Positions 24,013-37,656 of a stretch of DNA of 64,000 bases are shown one piece after another. The stretch is taken from NCBI RefSeq assembly GCF_006345805.1, contig NC_042998.1, forward strand, positions 135,656,001 through 135,720,000, in the 5' to 3' direction. Origin of the DNA: Octopus sinensis. Lineage: Eukaryota. The notes under the pieces are model-generated. The model was not told the origin of the DNA. It searched no databases and was given only the letters and a program-made list of their open reading frames with translations. Each line of letters begins with the position of its first letter. The first letter of the stretch is position 1. A program made the position numbers and the translations under genes.

Positions 24013-26991
24013 AATAATAATAATAATAATAATTGTGTACAGTGCTCAGGTGCACTACAACTCATCTAAAGTGTATATATAATCAGGTGTAGTTACGGCA
24101 GATTTCGGAAAGCATGAGGGCCTTAAAGGCTGCAGTGTCATGGCAGTCAACAACTGACGCAGGCAGTTTATTCCATGCTTCAGCAACTCTAAGCGTGAAA
24201 AAATGTTTCCGAAAGTCATGGGAGCTGTGTTGTTTTCTGACTTTGTAGGCATGTCCACGTGTGTTAGACACATGGAGATCAAAAAGGTGTTCAGTGTTGT
24301 TGTTGGTGAGGTGGTGAATCCATGCCCAGGGAAACAAGGCGCTCAGAATATGGTAGGTGTCTGATTGAGGGTATGCGTTTGGTTGCACGTCTCTGGACAG
24401 ATTCCAGGAGGTCAATGTTTTGAGCAAGATAGGGGTTCCAAACTGATGATGCGAATTCCAAGTGTGGTCGTACCATAGCTGTATACAGTTTTAAATAGAT
24501 GGCTGGAGAGCGGCTAACAAAAGTCTTGCTGAGTGATGCCAAGACACCCTTGGCCTTCTTGACAATTTTAGAGATATGCTGACAGTGATGCAAGAGGATT
24601 TCTTGATATCAGTGTTGTGGAGGGAGTATGTGGATGCAGGGTTTTTTCTCCCAGGGTTTTTTCTCCCAGTTTCAGTTACCAGTCTGTGATCCATTGCTGC
24701 ATTGTGTCTAGGTCTGATTGCAGGAAAGAGTTGTAGACATCAGGATCTGTCCTCTTGATTTCAAGGTACAGCTTGATGTCGTCTGCATATTTCAATACTG
24801 CGGCATTCTTTAAATTGGCATCTGTCATTAATGTATGCTACAAACAAGAGGGGACCAAGGACAGATCCCTGTGGTACACCCGATGACATCTCATATGGTG
24901 TAGAATGCTGTCCTAGAACTGTGACTACCTCCTTTCGGCTGAGAATGAAGGATTTCAACCAGTTAAAAAGGCCATCCATCACACCCATTGCAGAGAGTTT
25001 CACCATAAGCCTTTTGTGCGGCACAGTTGAAAGCCTTAGCAAAGTCAAGGTAGACAACATCCACCCATGAGCCACTGTCAGTGATCTGAGTAATGTCCTC
25101 AAGGAACTCGACAAGCTGATCACTGCAGCTGGAGTTAGGGACAAATCCATATTGTGAGGGTCGGATGAGACTGTGAGAGCTCCAGAAGTTCCAGAGTGTT
25201 TCTCTGACACACGATTCCATCAGTTTTGCAATACAGCTAGTGAGACTGACTGGGCGATAGTTGACAGGTGATGTGCGGTCGCCCTTTTTGAACAGAGGAA
25301 TGACACTGGCAGTTTTCCACTGCTCCGGAGTAGCACCATTGTTGAGACAGTACTGGAAGAAAATAGAAAGCTGGTGTAAAAGGAAGTACCTGCCACGTTT
25401 GAGAAGCAGGTATGTAACTCCATCGAGACCAGGGGAGGCATAGTTGCGCATATTTTGAAGGTGACGTCGCAGCATTGCAGGTGTAAATTCCATAGTTGTT
25501 ATGGAATTTGCTGTTAGTGATGGTGAAGATGGAATTTGCTGTTAGTGATGATGAACAGTGAATATGTTTGCATAGCACTCGGCAATGAGTTCTGCGCATT
25601 CCTTGGGGTCGTCAGTGATCTGGTTTGTGTGGGGGTTGCGAAGAGGGCCCACTGGAGAGTGAGGTCTCTGCTTTGAATGCACATATTTCCAGAAAACCTT
25701 GCTGTCAGGATTGGCTGCTATGCACTGTTCAAATTCAAGCACTGCTTTTTTTGTCACTTGCTTGAGATGGTTGGAAGATTTATTCCGCTTCTTCCTGTTG
25801 GTGTCTGATTTATGCAACTTGTATTCCCGTTCAGCAGTCCGACGTTCCTTCCTGGCAAGTCGGACCGCTGAAGTTTCCCAAATTGCCCTTTTGGGGCGGT
25901 TCTTCTTTTTCTGTTTACGTGGCACTGATGCTGCACATGCTGCCCATATTGAGTCCAGGATACTCTGGAGTATAGTATTCACATCTCTAGAGTTGTAGAA
26001 TTCACGCCAGTTTGGGTGCTGTAGTTCAGTGTGGTACAGGTTCCAATCTGCTCTCTTCCAATCGAAGGAAGCAGATTGGAGATGGTTCAGGTTTTTGTTG
26101 CCCGCAAGAGCCAGATTGGCGATGATCATAGCATGATCAGTCACCTAGAGGTTCCTCCGTAGTGCAATTGATAACCGCTTCAGGAGTTGTGGTGAAGAGC
26201 AGGTCCAAGGTGTTGTCGCCTCTTGTTGGAGAGGTGACTACTTGTGACCAGTTTGAGTCCAGTACAAGCTCAACAAAATCGTTTGCACTCTGTGGCCAAT
26301 GGAAGGTTTCCTAATTGATCTCAGGATGATTGAAATCGCCTGCAATAAAAACATAAGTGGCTGTCTTCCTGGCAGCAGCTCGGAGGATATCGCAAAGCTG
26401 TGTGTCCTGATGATAATTTGGGGGGACGATAAACAACGCCAAGCAGGAGTGTTGACATGGTCATATGTACGTCACAGAAAAAAACTTCTTCTTGTGATTC
26501 GTTCAAATCGGCACAAGGAATTACCGAAAAATTTGAACGAACGTAGACCATCACACCACCACCATGGCAGTTAATGCGGTCCTTACGGAAGAGGTTGTAC
26601 CCCGTAATGTTGAAAACCCCATCACAGAGTAAGGAATGCGCCCATGTTTCCGTGACAGTGATGAAGTCAGGGTCAACACTTCTGACGTAGGCATTGAACA
26701 AATGTATTTTGTTGCATAAACTGCGAGCATTTAAGGACAACAATTTGTACCCTGCTTGCAGTTTATGATGGTGTGTAGAGGATGGCAGGTTGTTCTGGTT
26801 TAGTTTCCCTGAATTGCTGTAGTCTTTTTAGATTTTTTTTCAGTGTCAGTTATTGTGGGTAGAGAGCACTCAGACCAGCTGGTATCTCTCTTCCACGTTT
26901 CAGCAGTCTTAACAAATCTCCAGATTTGTCCATCTTCACGAAGACTGAAACTTGCTTGTAGAGCTGAGTTCTTAAGAAGTTTAAAATTATA
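24013..26991 (-). mobile_element. 5'-truncated CR1/L2-clade LINE (end of ORF1, APE endonuclease, RT), frameshifted, (TTA)n tail, 8-bp TSD
   Basis: LSLNARSL..ITVTETW..GGGV (APE); NYRPVSLTS, VYLDFAKAF, GVPQGSVLGPLLF, YADD-like, VRPHLEFASSVWNP..LESVQRRATK, TRGH..WNKLP. TSD tctataat at 24005-24012 and 26992-26999. Confidence 0.92.
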
Positions 26992-27413
26992 TCTATAATG
27001 AGTTTATTCTACACAATGCTCAGGTGTGTTGCAACTTGTCAGAAAAGGGTAAAAACAGGGGAGAAAGCAGACATAGGTGAAGTAAAAAAAGGAAGGAAAT
27101 AATGTAAACCAAAAGTATGTGCGTAGAACACAATAAAAAAAGCTATAGAGAGGGAAAGGTTCATAGGCATGTCGGATAATTTCCATATATCGGACTACAT
27201 CTGTGTTCCATGTATTAGACATATTAGACCATAAATGGAAAATTTCTTATAGTATTGGCTTTTTGGTGGTTTGTGACCTCAACAAACAGGTTTGCTTACA
27301 TTGCTAAGAGTACTTCTAGTGATGTAATGTTTGTAAAAATTAAAATTTGTTTCATATTTTTGACCAATAATATTTGGTATGAATTGTAAAATGAATGATT
27401 ATTTTATTTGTAG

Positions 27414-27562
27414 GTCTTTTACATGAAGGTGATATTATTAAAGAGTTTAACGGAACAGAAGTCCATACACCAGCCCAGCTTATGGATAATATTAAAAATG
27501 CTGAAGAGGGTATTTTCTTAACAATCATACCAAACATGCAACGACAATCTTTTCATGAAAGT
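27414..27562 (+). CDS. MPP6: MPP6-like exon 6, PDZ
   Basis: ttgtag|..|gtaagt; GLLHEGDIIKEFNGTEVHTPAQLMDNIKNAEEGIFLTIIPNMQRQSFHES. Confidence 0.95.
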
Positions 27563-28689
27563 GTAAGTCTATTTCATTTCGTATATTAATTAATCTTTAC
27601 ATCAGATTTTGGTTGTTAAAGGTTTTGACATTTATCACACAGTACTGGATCAACAATTTTCTTTTACTAATTTCACATTAATTTATTTCATTGATTTTAT
27701 GAAAATGTCACACTGGAAATTTTGTTCAGTTTTCTTTTGAAATTTATTAGCTTTTCTCTTTTCTCCAAATAAGGATTGTATTTAATTTTTAAGTATATCT
27801 GATTATTATTTTCCATGCCAATATTGGTTGGAGTGGTTTGCAAATTTAGGTATTTGCATGGATTTCAAAATGATTGACTGATTCAATATTTTTTGTTTGT
27901 CCTTTTTTGTATTTAATGTTTAAATCTGTTTAAATTGACCCTACTTTGGTTATGTTGAGGAACTGAGATATTACATGTCTATTCAAAACTTAAATAGCAA
28001 GAAAATACATACATGTAATCAGCCTCATCATCATTTAATGTCCATTTTCCATGTTGACATGGGATGGACAGTTTGACAGGAGGTGGCAAGCCAGAGAACT
28101 GCACCAAGCTCCAATTGTCTGTTTTGGCATGGTTTCTACAGCTGGATGCCCTTCCTAATGTCAACAACTTTACAGTGTACTGGGTGCTTTTTACATGGTA
28201 TCAGCAGGGTCACCAAGTACCTTGCAAAACGAGGACCTCTCAGCAGAGAGCGGGGGTGAAATGGTGAGAAGTGGTAAGCAGGAACAGTGAGAAATGGCAA
28301 GAGTTTAGAGGGACAGAGATAGCTGATTTACTATAGATGAGATATTTGGCTAACCCAGTAGGACAAAGAAGTGGGAGAGTGAGAGAGAAAGTCAGTGAGA
28401 AAGAGAGAGCTTACCCATAGGGAACAGTGGGGAGTGTATAAATATTAGAGGGGATTAAAGGGGGTACTCCATAAGAGTGTGAGGGGAGATATTTAGAGAT
28501 AGCAAGTGATGATGAGAGGAATTGGAGTGGCTGGGAGTTAGGTATGGTAGATATGAGGGCATGGAAAGTATATGGGAAGGTATGTGAAGGCATGTGAAAG
28601 ACTGTGTTTGGGTTGGAAAGATAGGTTCTTAGGGGAATTTTTGACAGACAACAGCTTGTGTGTATATGTGTGGTAGGGCATGACCATAA

Positions 28690-29545
28690 AGGATATGCCT
28701 GTATGTATGGATGGCTGCAGTTTTACTTAGCTGAACATGTCTTCTCAAGCACAGGAAATCACCAGAAGTTTCAGTCTCTTATCTTCTCTTTGAGGTTCAA
28801 CAACTGAAGATCATTTCTCACAACTTTATCCCATATCTTTATAGGTCTACCCCTTCCACATGTTCCATTCATAATTAGAGATAGGTACTTCTTTTCCCTC
28901 CACAATTTTCCATACACATCAGATGACTATACTAGCACAGTCTTTTCTCTTGCACACCACATCTGAAGCTTCTTATACCCAATTTTTTTGCTTAAATCAT
29001 TTACACTTTGATGTACACTCATACTGACATTACCCATCCACTGGAACATGCTGGCTTCATTTCTTTCAAGCCTTTGTATGACCTCAGTAGTCACAGCCCA
29101 TGTTTCATTGTCATGTAGCATAATCGTTCTGTACACAAACAACATAAAATTTACCTTTCACTGAGAGAGAAAAGCCCTCTATTACCAACAAAGGTAGTAA
29201 CTCTCTGAATTTTGCCCAGCCCATTCTTATTCTAGCAACTATGCTTCCAGGGCTTCCGCCTCCACTGCTAACTTGGTTGCCTATGTAACAGAAGTTATCT
29301 ACTACTTCTAAGGACCACTCCTGGACATTTGAGGAAGTCTATTTTCTGTACATACCTTCCTGTGATACTGTTGCACCTTTTATGTGTTCATAGCTTGCAC
29401 TGGGTACATTGTATGGAGTTTCTACCAAAACCTTTTCTTCATATTTTTTTACTTACTAGGACTTTGGCTTTTACTAAATAAACTCTAAGACCCTTTGATT
29501 CTAGACCTAGCTTCTGCACCTGAAATTTCTTCTAATTCTGGTAGT
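28690..29545 (-). mobile_element. Decayed RTE-clade LINE 3' fragment
   Basis: YRTIMLHDNETWAVTTEVIQRLERNEASMFQWM, with VVDNFCYIG..ARIRMGWAKFRELLPLL upstream. Confidence 0.8.
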
Positions 29546-30200
29546 GAATGTTAGCCATTCATGTGGACTGCTATTTACTTAACTACAGACATGTAAGTAG
29601 TTGAAGGGGTTATGTACTGAAAACTGAACATAAAATTTCTATGAAATTTTCTTTCTAGAAGAGGGGGGAAAAAGAAACCCCCTAAAAAGCAATTAACTCT
29701 TCAAGGAAAGGGGAGATAACTGCAAGAAATTGAGGATTAACATTTTGATATCAACCTACCTGAGATCTAAGGGCATAATAGCATTATTTAGAAGAGTATA
29801 CTTCTTGAGGGACGTACGTGCCCCTGGCCCATCCCCCCTCAGGTCCACCTCTGACCAGTGTATATGTTACTGATACTGGAGTAACCCCCACCTTTGACTC
29901 AACCCATCACTATCTGTTAAGTGGTAGCATTTCCTTTTAGGATATTTATGCCATCCTAGGTTGCCTGTTAGTTGGAAAAGGTGTTTTTATGTCTTCTAGG
30001 TGGAATTTTTTACTCAGAATACAGAAACTGGAAGGCAGCATCCGATTCTGACATTTTTGCATTTCTGCTAACCTATCTCTTGGTTCTGGGTTGCATGGTA
30101 CTTTGGGCAAGTGCCTTCTACTATAGCTGCCTTGGGCCAACAGAAGCCTTGTGAATGGAGTTGGCAGACAGAAACTAAAAAAAAAAAAATCTATGCTCTT

Positions 30201-30583
30201 TTACTCTTTTTACTTGTTTTAGTCATTTGACTGGCCATGCTGGAGCACCACCTTTAATCGAGCAAATTGACACCAGGACTTATTCTTTGTAAGCCTAGTA
30301 CTTATTCTATTGGTCTCTTGCTGAACTGCTAAGTTACGGGAACATAAACACACCAGCATCGGTTGTCAAGCGATGCTGGGGGGACAACACAGACACACAT
30401 ACATATATATACATATATATACATATATATATATACGACAGGCTTCTTTCTGCTTCCGTCTATCGAATCCACTCGCAAGGCTTTGGTCGGCTCGAGGCTA
30501 TAGTAGAAGACACTTGCCCAAGGTGCCACACAGTGGGACTGAACACAGAACCATGTGGTTGGTAAGCAAGCTACTTACCATAA
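30201..30583 (-). mobile_element. tRNA-derived SINE
   Basis: Reverse complement of the family seen at 7985-8358. Confidence 0.8.
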
Positions 30584-30833
30584 TTATTTAGGCAGGGCAA
30601 GATTAATAACCTGCATAGGCATCGAGATAGACTTTTAACACATGTATGTTCTGAAATTGTAATTTTCCCAAATAAGGTACACTTCATATTCAAGGCTCTT
30701 ATGAAGCTGTAGGATGTTATCCAGGTGCTAACTATGAGTCCACCATATCTTATAGCAGAAACAGCTGTGAGCTAATGAAGTTCATTACATAACCTTTGTT
30801 TTTTCCAGTATCATGTGTATGTCTGTGTGTATG

Positions 30834-30879
<46 letters not shown>

Positions 30880-32883
30880 GTTTTCTGTGTCTGTCCCTTC
30901 TCCACCACTTGACAACCGGTGTTGGTGTGTTTACATGTTTACATCCATGTAACTTAGTAGTTCAGCAAAAGAGACTGATAGACTAAGTACTATGCTTAAA
31001 AAATAAGTCCTGTGGTTGATTTGTTCAGCTTAACAAAGCCTTCAAGGTGGTGCCCCAGTTTGGTTGTAAAGTTAACAGTGGGATTTGAACTCAGAACACA
31101 GAAATAGAATAAATACTTTGAAACCTTCTATTGGATGATCTAACAACCTGACCAATTCTTCATATTACTTTATATTTAGAAGGAAAGTTTGATCTTTGCA
31201 AGCAAGGGACTTGCTTTCAGTTTTTGTATCCACCATTCAGTACACTAGGCCTTATCTTCATTCATTTTACATCTGTTTAATCATACTTGCATGGGTTTGA
31301 TGAATCTTATCTGAAGCATTGTTTTACAACTGGATGCTCATCCTCTTGCTAATCCTCCCAATTTTCTTTTTTTAGTCATCACTTATTCCACACAGCTGCA
31401 AAAGTGCAATGTGCTTGGGTGATTTGTTGACATGAGTAACTGACAACATTGATTGCTATACTTTTGAACAAGTTATTGCAAATGTAAACAAACACACATA
31501 CACATTCCACATTCTTTCTCTCTCTCTCTCTCTCACACACACATAATATTTGCTCATATGACAGTATTCTTTCAATTTCTCTCTGCCACAAGGCTTTGGC
31601 CAACATGGGTCGATTGTAGAAAACACCTAAGGTACCATACTGAGGGACTGAATCCTAAAAGCAGACCTCTCGATCACATGGATATGCCCAATACCATGGC
31701 TCATATGAGTTTATTTTTCTTAGCTAATTTCTTCTATTTATTGAAGTGTAAGTTTAGAAACTGTGGTTTTTGGCAAAATTCGGGTATTAGAAACCTACAG
31801 AGACTGCTATACCTTGAAGACAGTTCTGTAGTAATGTTTACTGTATTTACATAAAAATGACAATGTTGCTTGAGATGGCAAAACTGATTGCACTCCAAAC
31901 AAGATTCTTTATAGTTTTTAGTCGTGTTTCTTTACATTCTGATTTGAAATCCTATCTATGTCATCAGTGTCTTTCTTTCTTCAGGAACCAATGAAGTAAA
32001 GACCAATAATATATTGATGTCACTTGTATCATCTAGACTTTTCCTCATGGAAATATGTGATCTTAGTGTTTTTGTTAGAAACCAATATTTACCATGCTGT
32101 TGTTCTCTGCCAATGCCTAAATATTAGAAATAAAACCTAGAATTTATTGGAAATGGATCATGATTCCTCACTTTTCAATAGTTACCAAGTATAAGTGAGT
32201 GCTGGTTGTAGATGCATCAATTCCCAGTACCAAAATATAGAATACTCTGCCAATTACAAAATATTAATCTATTTCAGACAATGAAAATATATATTTTAAA
32301 AACTTTCTATTTTTTATTTTTAATATAAGAACATTAATTTTCTCAATCTAAAATAATGAACTTTTACTCTATTTACAGCATGACACCATTTCACATAGTG
32401 CAAGTGTATTAGAAAAAAAAAATTAATTCTATTATTGTAGTTAGAATCATCAGTGAAACTAATCATGGTTATTTATAATGTTAATTAGTATTAGATCTAA
32501 GTTTTATTGTTGTAATTAGTTTCTCTTAATCACTAGCTGAAGCTAAACTATCATTTGTGTATGCACGTATTTACTATATATTTATGTATGTGTAAGCACA
32601 TGTTAATTGGATTGTTCAAAGACTATATAAATCTATATGATGTGTGTCAGTGTGCTTCAATTTACAAATAGGAGGAAAAGTACTCGATGCATATAGTAAA
32701 GTTTATTCATTTATTTGAAACTAGGTATTCCTTTTGTCCTTTTGATGTAACTCCGTTTCTTGTTCTCTTCTCCTCCCTCTCTCTCACACATACATAAACA
32801 ACTCTATTTAACACAGATATCCTAAAAGTTTTAAGTTGTATACTTTATTATTAATGCTATTTTTTATTTTTTTTTAATTTTAG

Positions 32884-33015
32884 CTGTTTATCAAAACTCA
32901 TTTTAATTATGATCCAATGCGAGATCGGCTTATACCTTGTAAAGAAGCAGGATTACCATTCAAGGATGGAGATATCTTGGAGATTTTGAGCCAAAATGAT
33001 GCTAATTGGTGGCAG
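32884..33015 (+). CDS. MPP6: MPP6-like exon 7, SH3
   Basis: ttttag|..|gtaagc; [44 protein letters not shown]. Confidence 0.96.
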
Positions 33016-33367
33016 GTAAGCTAAAGTCTAACTTTGGATATATATATTAGAATATTTTGATATATTCTTTTAGACTTTGTCTAGTTTTACTTCAAATATT
33101 AATAAATTATAATTTATAAGCACAGGCACAACTGTGTAGCATTATGCAGTTTGGGATTCACTCCCACTACATGGGTACTGTTGGCTAATGTCCCCTACTA
33201 CAGCAGTGGGTTGACCAGTATCTTGTGAATGAGATGCTTTGGTTGATGAAAACTGTAAGAAGCAAAGAAGCATATTCATTATATATGCATGCCTGTATTT
33301 ACCATGTATTTATGTATTTGTAAGCACATGTTGATTATAAATGTTAGGATTGTCCAAAGGTTATATA

Positions 33368-33765
33368 TACTCTTTTACTGGTTTCAGTCATTTGACTGTG
33401 GCCATGCTGGAGCACCACCTTTAGTTGAGCAAATCGACCCCGGGACTTATTCTTTGTAAGCCCAGTACTTATTCTATCGGTCTCTGTTGCCGAACCGCTA
33501 AGTGGTGGGGACGTAAACACACCAGCATCGGTTGTCAAGCAATGCTAGGGGGACAAACACAGACACACAAACACACACATGTATATATATATACATATAT
33601 ACGACAGGCTTCTTTCAGTTTCTGTCTACCAAATCCACTCACATGGCATTGGTCGGCCCGGGGCTATAGCAGAAGACACTTGCCCAAGATGCCATGCAGT
33701 GGGACTGAACCCGAAACCATGTGGTTGGTTAGCAAGCTACTCACCACACAGCCACTCCTGCACCT
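33368..33765 (-). mobile_element. tRNA-derived SINE, near full length
   Basis: Reverse complement of the 7985-8358 family; ends accacacagccactcctgcac. Confidence 0.85.
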
Positions 33766-35009
33766 ATATATTTATTTATATATAAAATCTTTTCTTGAAA
33801 AGGGAAGCCAGACTTACTGTAATGTTTTCTAATCACTGGTTACATACCAACGACATTATGTTCATATCACCTGAAAATTATGGTTACTATGTAACCCTTG
33901 GCTTCTTGAAATAAGCTGTTGAGATAACATTACATTATTTCTCAATATTTTTTCCTTTATTTTATAATCTGTATTTTTTGTTCTCTTTGTAAGTATATGC
34001 GTCAAGTCTAATTGTGTTTATCTACCTTACTATCTGCATATCAGCTCGATATGGATTTCTCTTATAGACACTCTTGATACTGTTGGCCTTGCCCTGAATG
34101 AATGTCAGAATTTAAGTTCACCTTCTTGAACACTACTCTGTTATCTGTACTGAGCTTATTTGGCTCTCACTAACTTACTGTGTGTGTGTATAAACATGCA
34201 TGCTGCTGAGTGTATATTCGACTTATGTTAACATATGTAAATGAGAAAAAAAAAAGAAGCAACCTTGTTTGATTACTTAGATTGACAATAAGAGAAAATA
34301 TGTTGCATTCAAATATATATTTTGCTACTTCTGAGTGATTAATTTACCCTCAGTGGAGAGTCATCATTTTGATAGTTCAAAACCTATTTGATTATCAATT
34401 ATGATCAGCTGATAAAGAAATTTACCATCTTTAATGAGAAGAAAATAATGTCAATTACAAGATAATTTAAATATTTTAAGTTTTGTTCTAATACTTATAT
34501 TAAAACCTATTGAATAAATTGATATTGCTTGGGCCAATGAGGGAGCTTTTAGATAGTTGCTAGCTGTGTTAAAAATATAATCAAATATCTCAAATCACAT
34601 CTTACTATTTTAAAAATGGAAGGACAATTTTAGATACACTATGACTGAGAGAAAAGGAAAAAAAAGACTGGATTATCATAGCTGAAATATCTTCCATCAC
34701 TGATCTACTAGGTCAAAGCTGCCCTGGGGCTAATTATCATAGCTGAAATACCTTTGATCACTGATTAACTAGGTCACAGCTATCCTGGGGCCAGACAACA
34801 CTGATGATGTTATTAGACTCACTATTCATTAAAAGATAGTGCACATACTATCTTTTAATGAATGATAGCCTGAGAAAGTTACTACTGTCAGCATTTCAGG
34901 TTAGACTAAAAATTAGTAAATTTAATTAAATCAAGACAATGAGTTAATCCTAAATGTGTTATTGATGTTCTCAAGTAGACTTCAATAAAATTACACAACA
35001 TTTATATTT

Positions 35010-35745
35010 TATTCTTTTACTTATTTGTCATTTGACTGTGGCCATGCTGGAGCACTGCCTTTTAGTCGAAGAGATCGACCCCAGGATTTATTCTTTGTAA
35101 GCCTGGTACTTATTCTGTTGGTATCTTTTGCCGAACCACTAAGTTACAGGGATGTAAACACACCAACATAGGTTGTCAAGTTAGGTGGCGGGGTGGGGGC
35201 AGACACAGACACACATGAATAAATAAATATATACTGACACACCATCGCTTACCACAATGATGATTCCAGTTGATCCGATCAACAGAACAGCTTGCTTGTG
35301 TGATTAATATGCAAGTGGCTGAGCACTCCAGACATGCGTACCCCTTCACATACTTCTTAGGGAGATTCAGCATAAGACAGTGTGACAAAGCTGGGCCCTT
35401 GAAGTACAGGTGCTACTCATTTTTGCCAGCTGAGTGGACTGGAGCACCATGAAATAAAGCGTTTTGCTCAAGGAGACAACGCACTGCTAGAAATCGAACT
35501 AACAACCCTACGATTGCAAACCAAATACCCTAACCACTAAACCACGTGCCTTCATATATATATATATACACACACATAGATACATACACACAAACACACA
35601 CACACAATAGGCATCTTTCAGTTTCTTTCTACCAAATCCACTCAAGGCTTTGGTCAGCCCAAGGCTATAGTAGAAAGCACTTGCCCAAGGTGCCACGCAG
35701 TGGGACTGAATCCAGAATAATGTGGTTGGGAAGCAAACTGTTTTG
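35010..35745 (-). mobile_element. SINE with a second SINE nested at ~35245-35553
   Basis: The outer copy belongs to the 33368 family. The inner copy ends taaccactaaaccacgtgccttca, the reverse complement of the head type seen at 9632. Confidence 0.75.
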
Positions 35746-35879
35746 AATGTTTATGTCGAGTTTGTCTTTGATTTTACTACCTTGTGTAACCAGGTCCATG
35801 TTGTTTTCATTAATTCTTATTGAAAGTTTTTTTTCTTGGAAATCAATACACTGCTTAATTTTTTTCTGTATTCTTATAG

Positions 35880-35988
35880 GCTCGTAAAGTTGATAGTAAA
35901 GGAAGTGCTGGCATTATACCATCTCGCTCTCTTGAAGAAAAGAGGAAAGCTTTTGTTTGCCCAGAATATGACAATTCAAAGAGTTTCT
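35880..35988 (+). CDS. MPP6: MPP6-like exon 8, SH3/HOOK
   Basis: ttatag|..|gtgagt; ARKVDSKGSAGIIPSRSLEEKRKAFVCPEYDNSKSF. Confidence 0.95.
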
Positions 35989-37602
35989 GTGAGTCCTGTT
36001 TTAGTATTTTATTTGAGAATAACAATAAGTGACTATAAAATCATTGTCCAGTAGATTTGGTTCATGGAAACTGAAAGAAGCCTGTTGTGTGTCTAATACA
36101 CATAAAATGGTGTGAGTTATGTTTCCTTTTCTTGACATGTGTAAGAGTTGTAATTGAGCTTCACTCTTGAATGGTGCTCTTCATTTCCAATCTTCCATGC
36201 AAATATATCCAGTCATAGGGAAATATTAATTTGCTTCGAAGCATGTGAACTTTTACAACAGGATAGGCATCTGGCCATAGAAAACCTACCTCAGTTAATT
36301 CCTTCTGACCCATGCAAGCATGAAAATGTGGATGGATGTTATAACTATGACATTTACAATGATAAATGATTTATAGTATTAACATCTATCAGGAATTTGT
36401 GAGGAAGGCACATTTAATTAATCTTGCTGATCTTTGCCTATCACTGGTAATTATTTTATCAACTGCTGAAGGCTATGAGGTAACACAATCCTCATAGGAT
36501 TTTAAAATTCAATGTGAAAGAAATGACCAGATAAAGCAAGGCATTCAATGCGAAATAAATGACTAAATAAAGCAAAATATTACTGTTTCTGCTATTTATT
36601 GCTTTTAAATATAAAACAAGAATGTTCATTGAAGTCGCATAAAGGCAATTCTCAACTCCCTATCTTTTAACATGACTTGAGAAAATAAGAATTCTCTCAG
36701 GTGTATTGCTGATACTGATCTCAGATTTGCTGACTACTTTTGACAGCTTATTAAGTTAATGTAGAATTATATCTTCTTTACTGGGTTACAACAAAATATT
36801 GATAAAGAATATGAATTCTAAACTCCATATTTATCTGTACATAATTGTTTACATCAGATAATGTGTTAATCAAGTGAGGATTTGTTAAAAGTAACTGAAG
36901 ATGGTAATAAGCTATCCATATATGTGGCAGTGGAAAATAGGAAAGAATTTCTATGAGTCAAAAAGTAGAGGCTATTCTGAAACATTGACATTATTTATTC
37001 CAACATAAAAATTACCAGTTTGAGAGAGAGGACATTTTAAAAATGGTCTTTAAAAAAGAGCTACTTATATTGGAGGTGTAATTTATTTTGAAAAATCTAC
37101 CAACCATAAATATCTTCTGCTGATTGAAAGAAGCAACAAAAAGATGTAACAAAGATTTAAACCATTTTTATCTGTATTTCTCTCTTTGTTTTTGTTATAT
37201 ATGGGGTACCTGCCTCAGTCTGTCATGGATTACCAGCTTATACAATTGTTTAAATTATCAAATAATCTATTGCTAGCTAGAACTTTATGCTAACAAATCT
37301 ATATTTTCAGAGTAAAATAGTTTCATTTTGAAGGCCTCAGTTTAGTCAAAAAAGCTAACCCCAGTATCAATCAAGTTGGTCGCTATATAAATATGTACCA
37401 CAAAATGTTGACATATGCATTGTGCCTCAGTGTATGACTATCAACATCTCTAAAAGTAGACTTAAGAATTTTCTTTTTTTTTCTTCTTTCAAACTAAAAG
37501 ATACATTGCTTCTCCTTAGTAATGTCATATTAACTAAATCTTTTTTTTTTGTCATATCGGCATTTTTGTTTACATTTGCTTCTCTACTTTTTTACACTTC
37601 AG

Positions 37603-37656
37603 TTTGCGGTTTGAGGAGGAAAAAGAAGGTGAAATACAGTACCAAGAACAACAAAG
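37603..37656 (+). CDS. MPP6: MPP6-like exon 9, HOOK basic region
   Basis: cttcag|..|gtatga; (F)CGLRRKKKVKYSTKNNK, phase 1-1. Confidence 0.92.

Noticed and set aside
26840-26992. Apparent minus-strand exon (YNFKLLKN..REDGQIWRFVK) as part of the antisense gene
   Set aside because: It lies inside the TSD-bounded LINE and ends QGN* just before ORF2, so it is better explained as the ORF1 C-terminus.
30725-30775. Further hammerhead motif (atgagtcc..gaaacagctgtg)
   Set aside because: The CUGA box and cleavage triplet are lost; at most a very decayed Penelope remnant.
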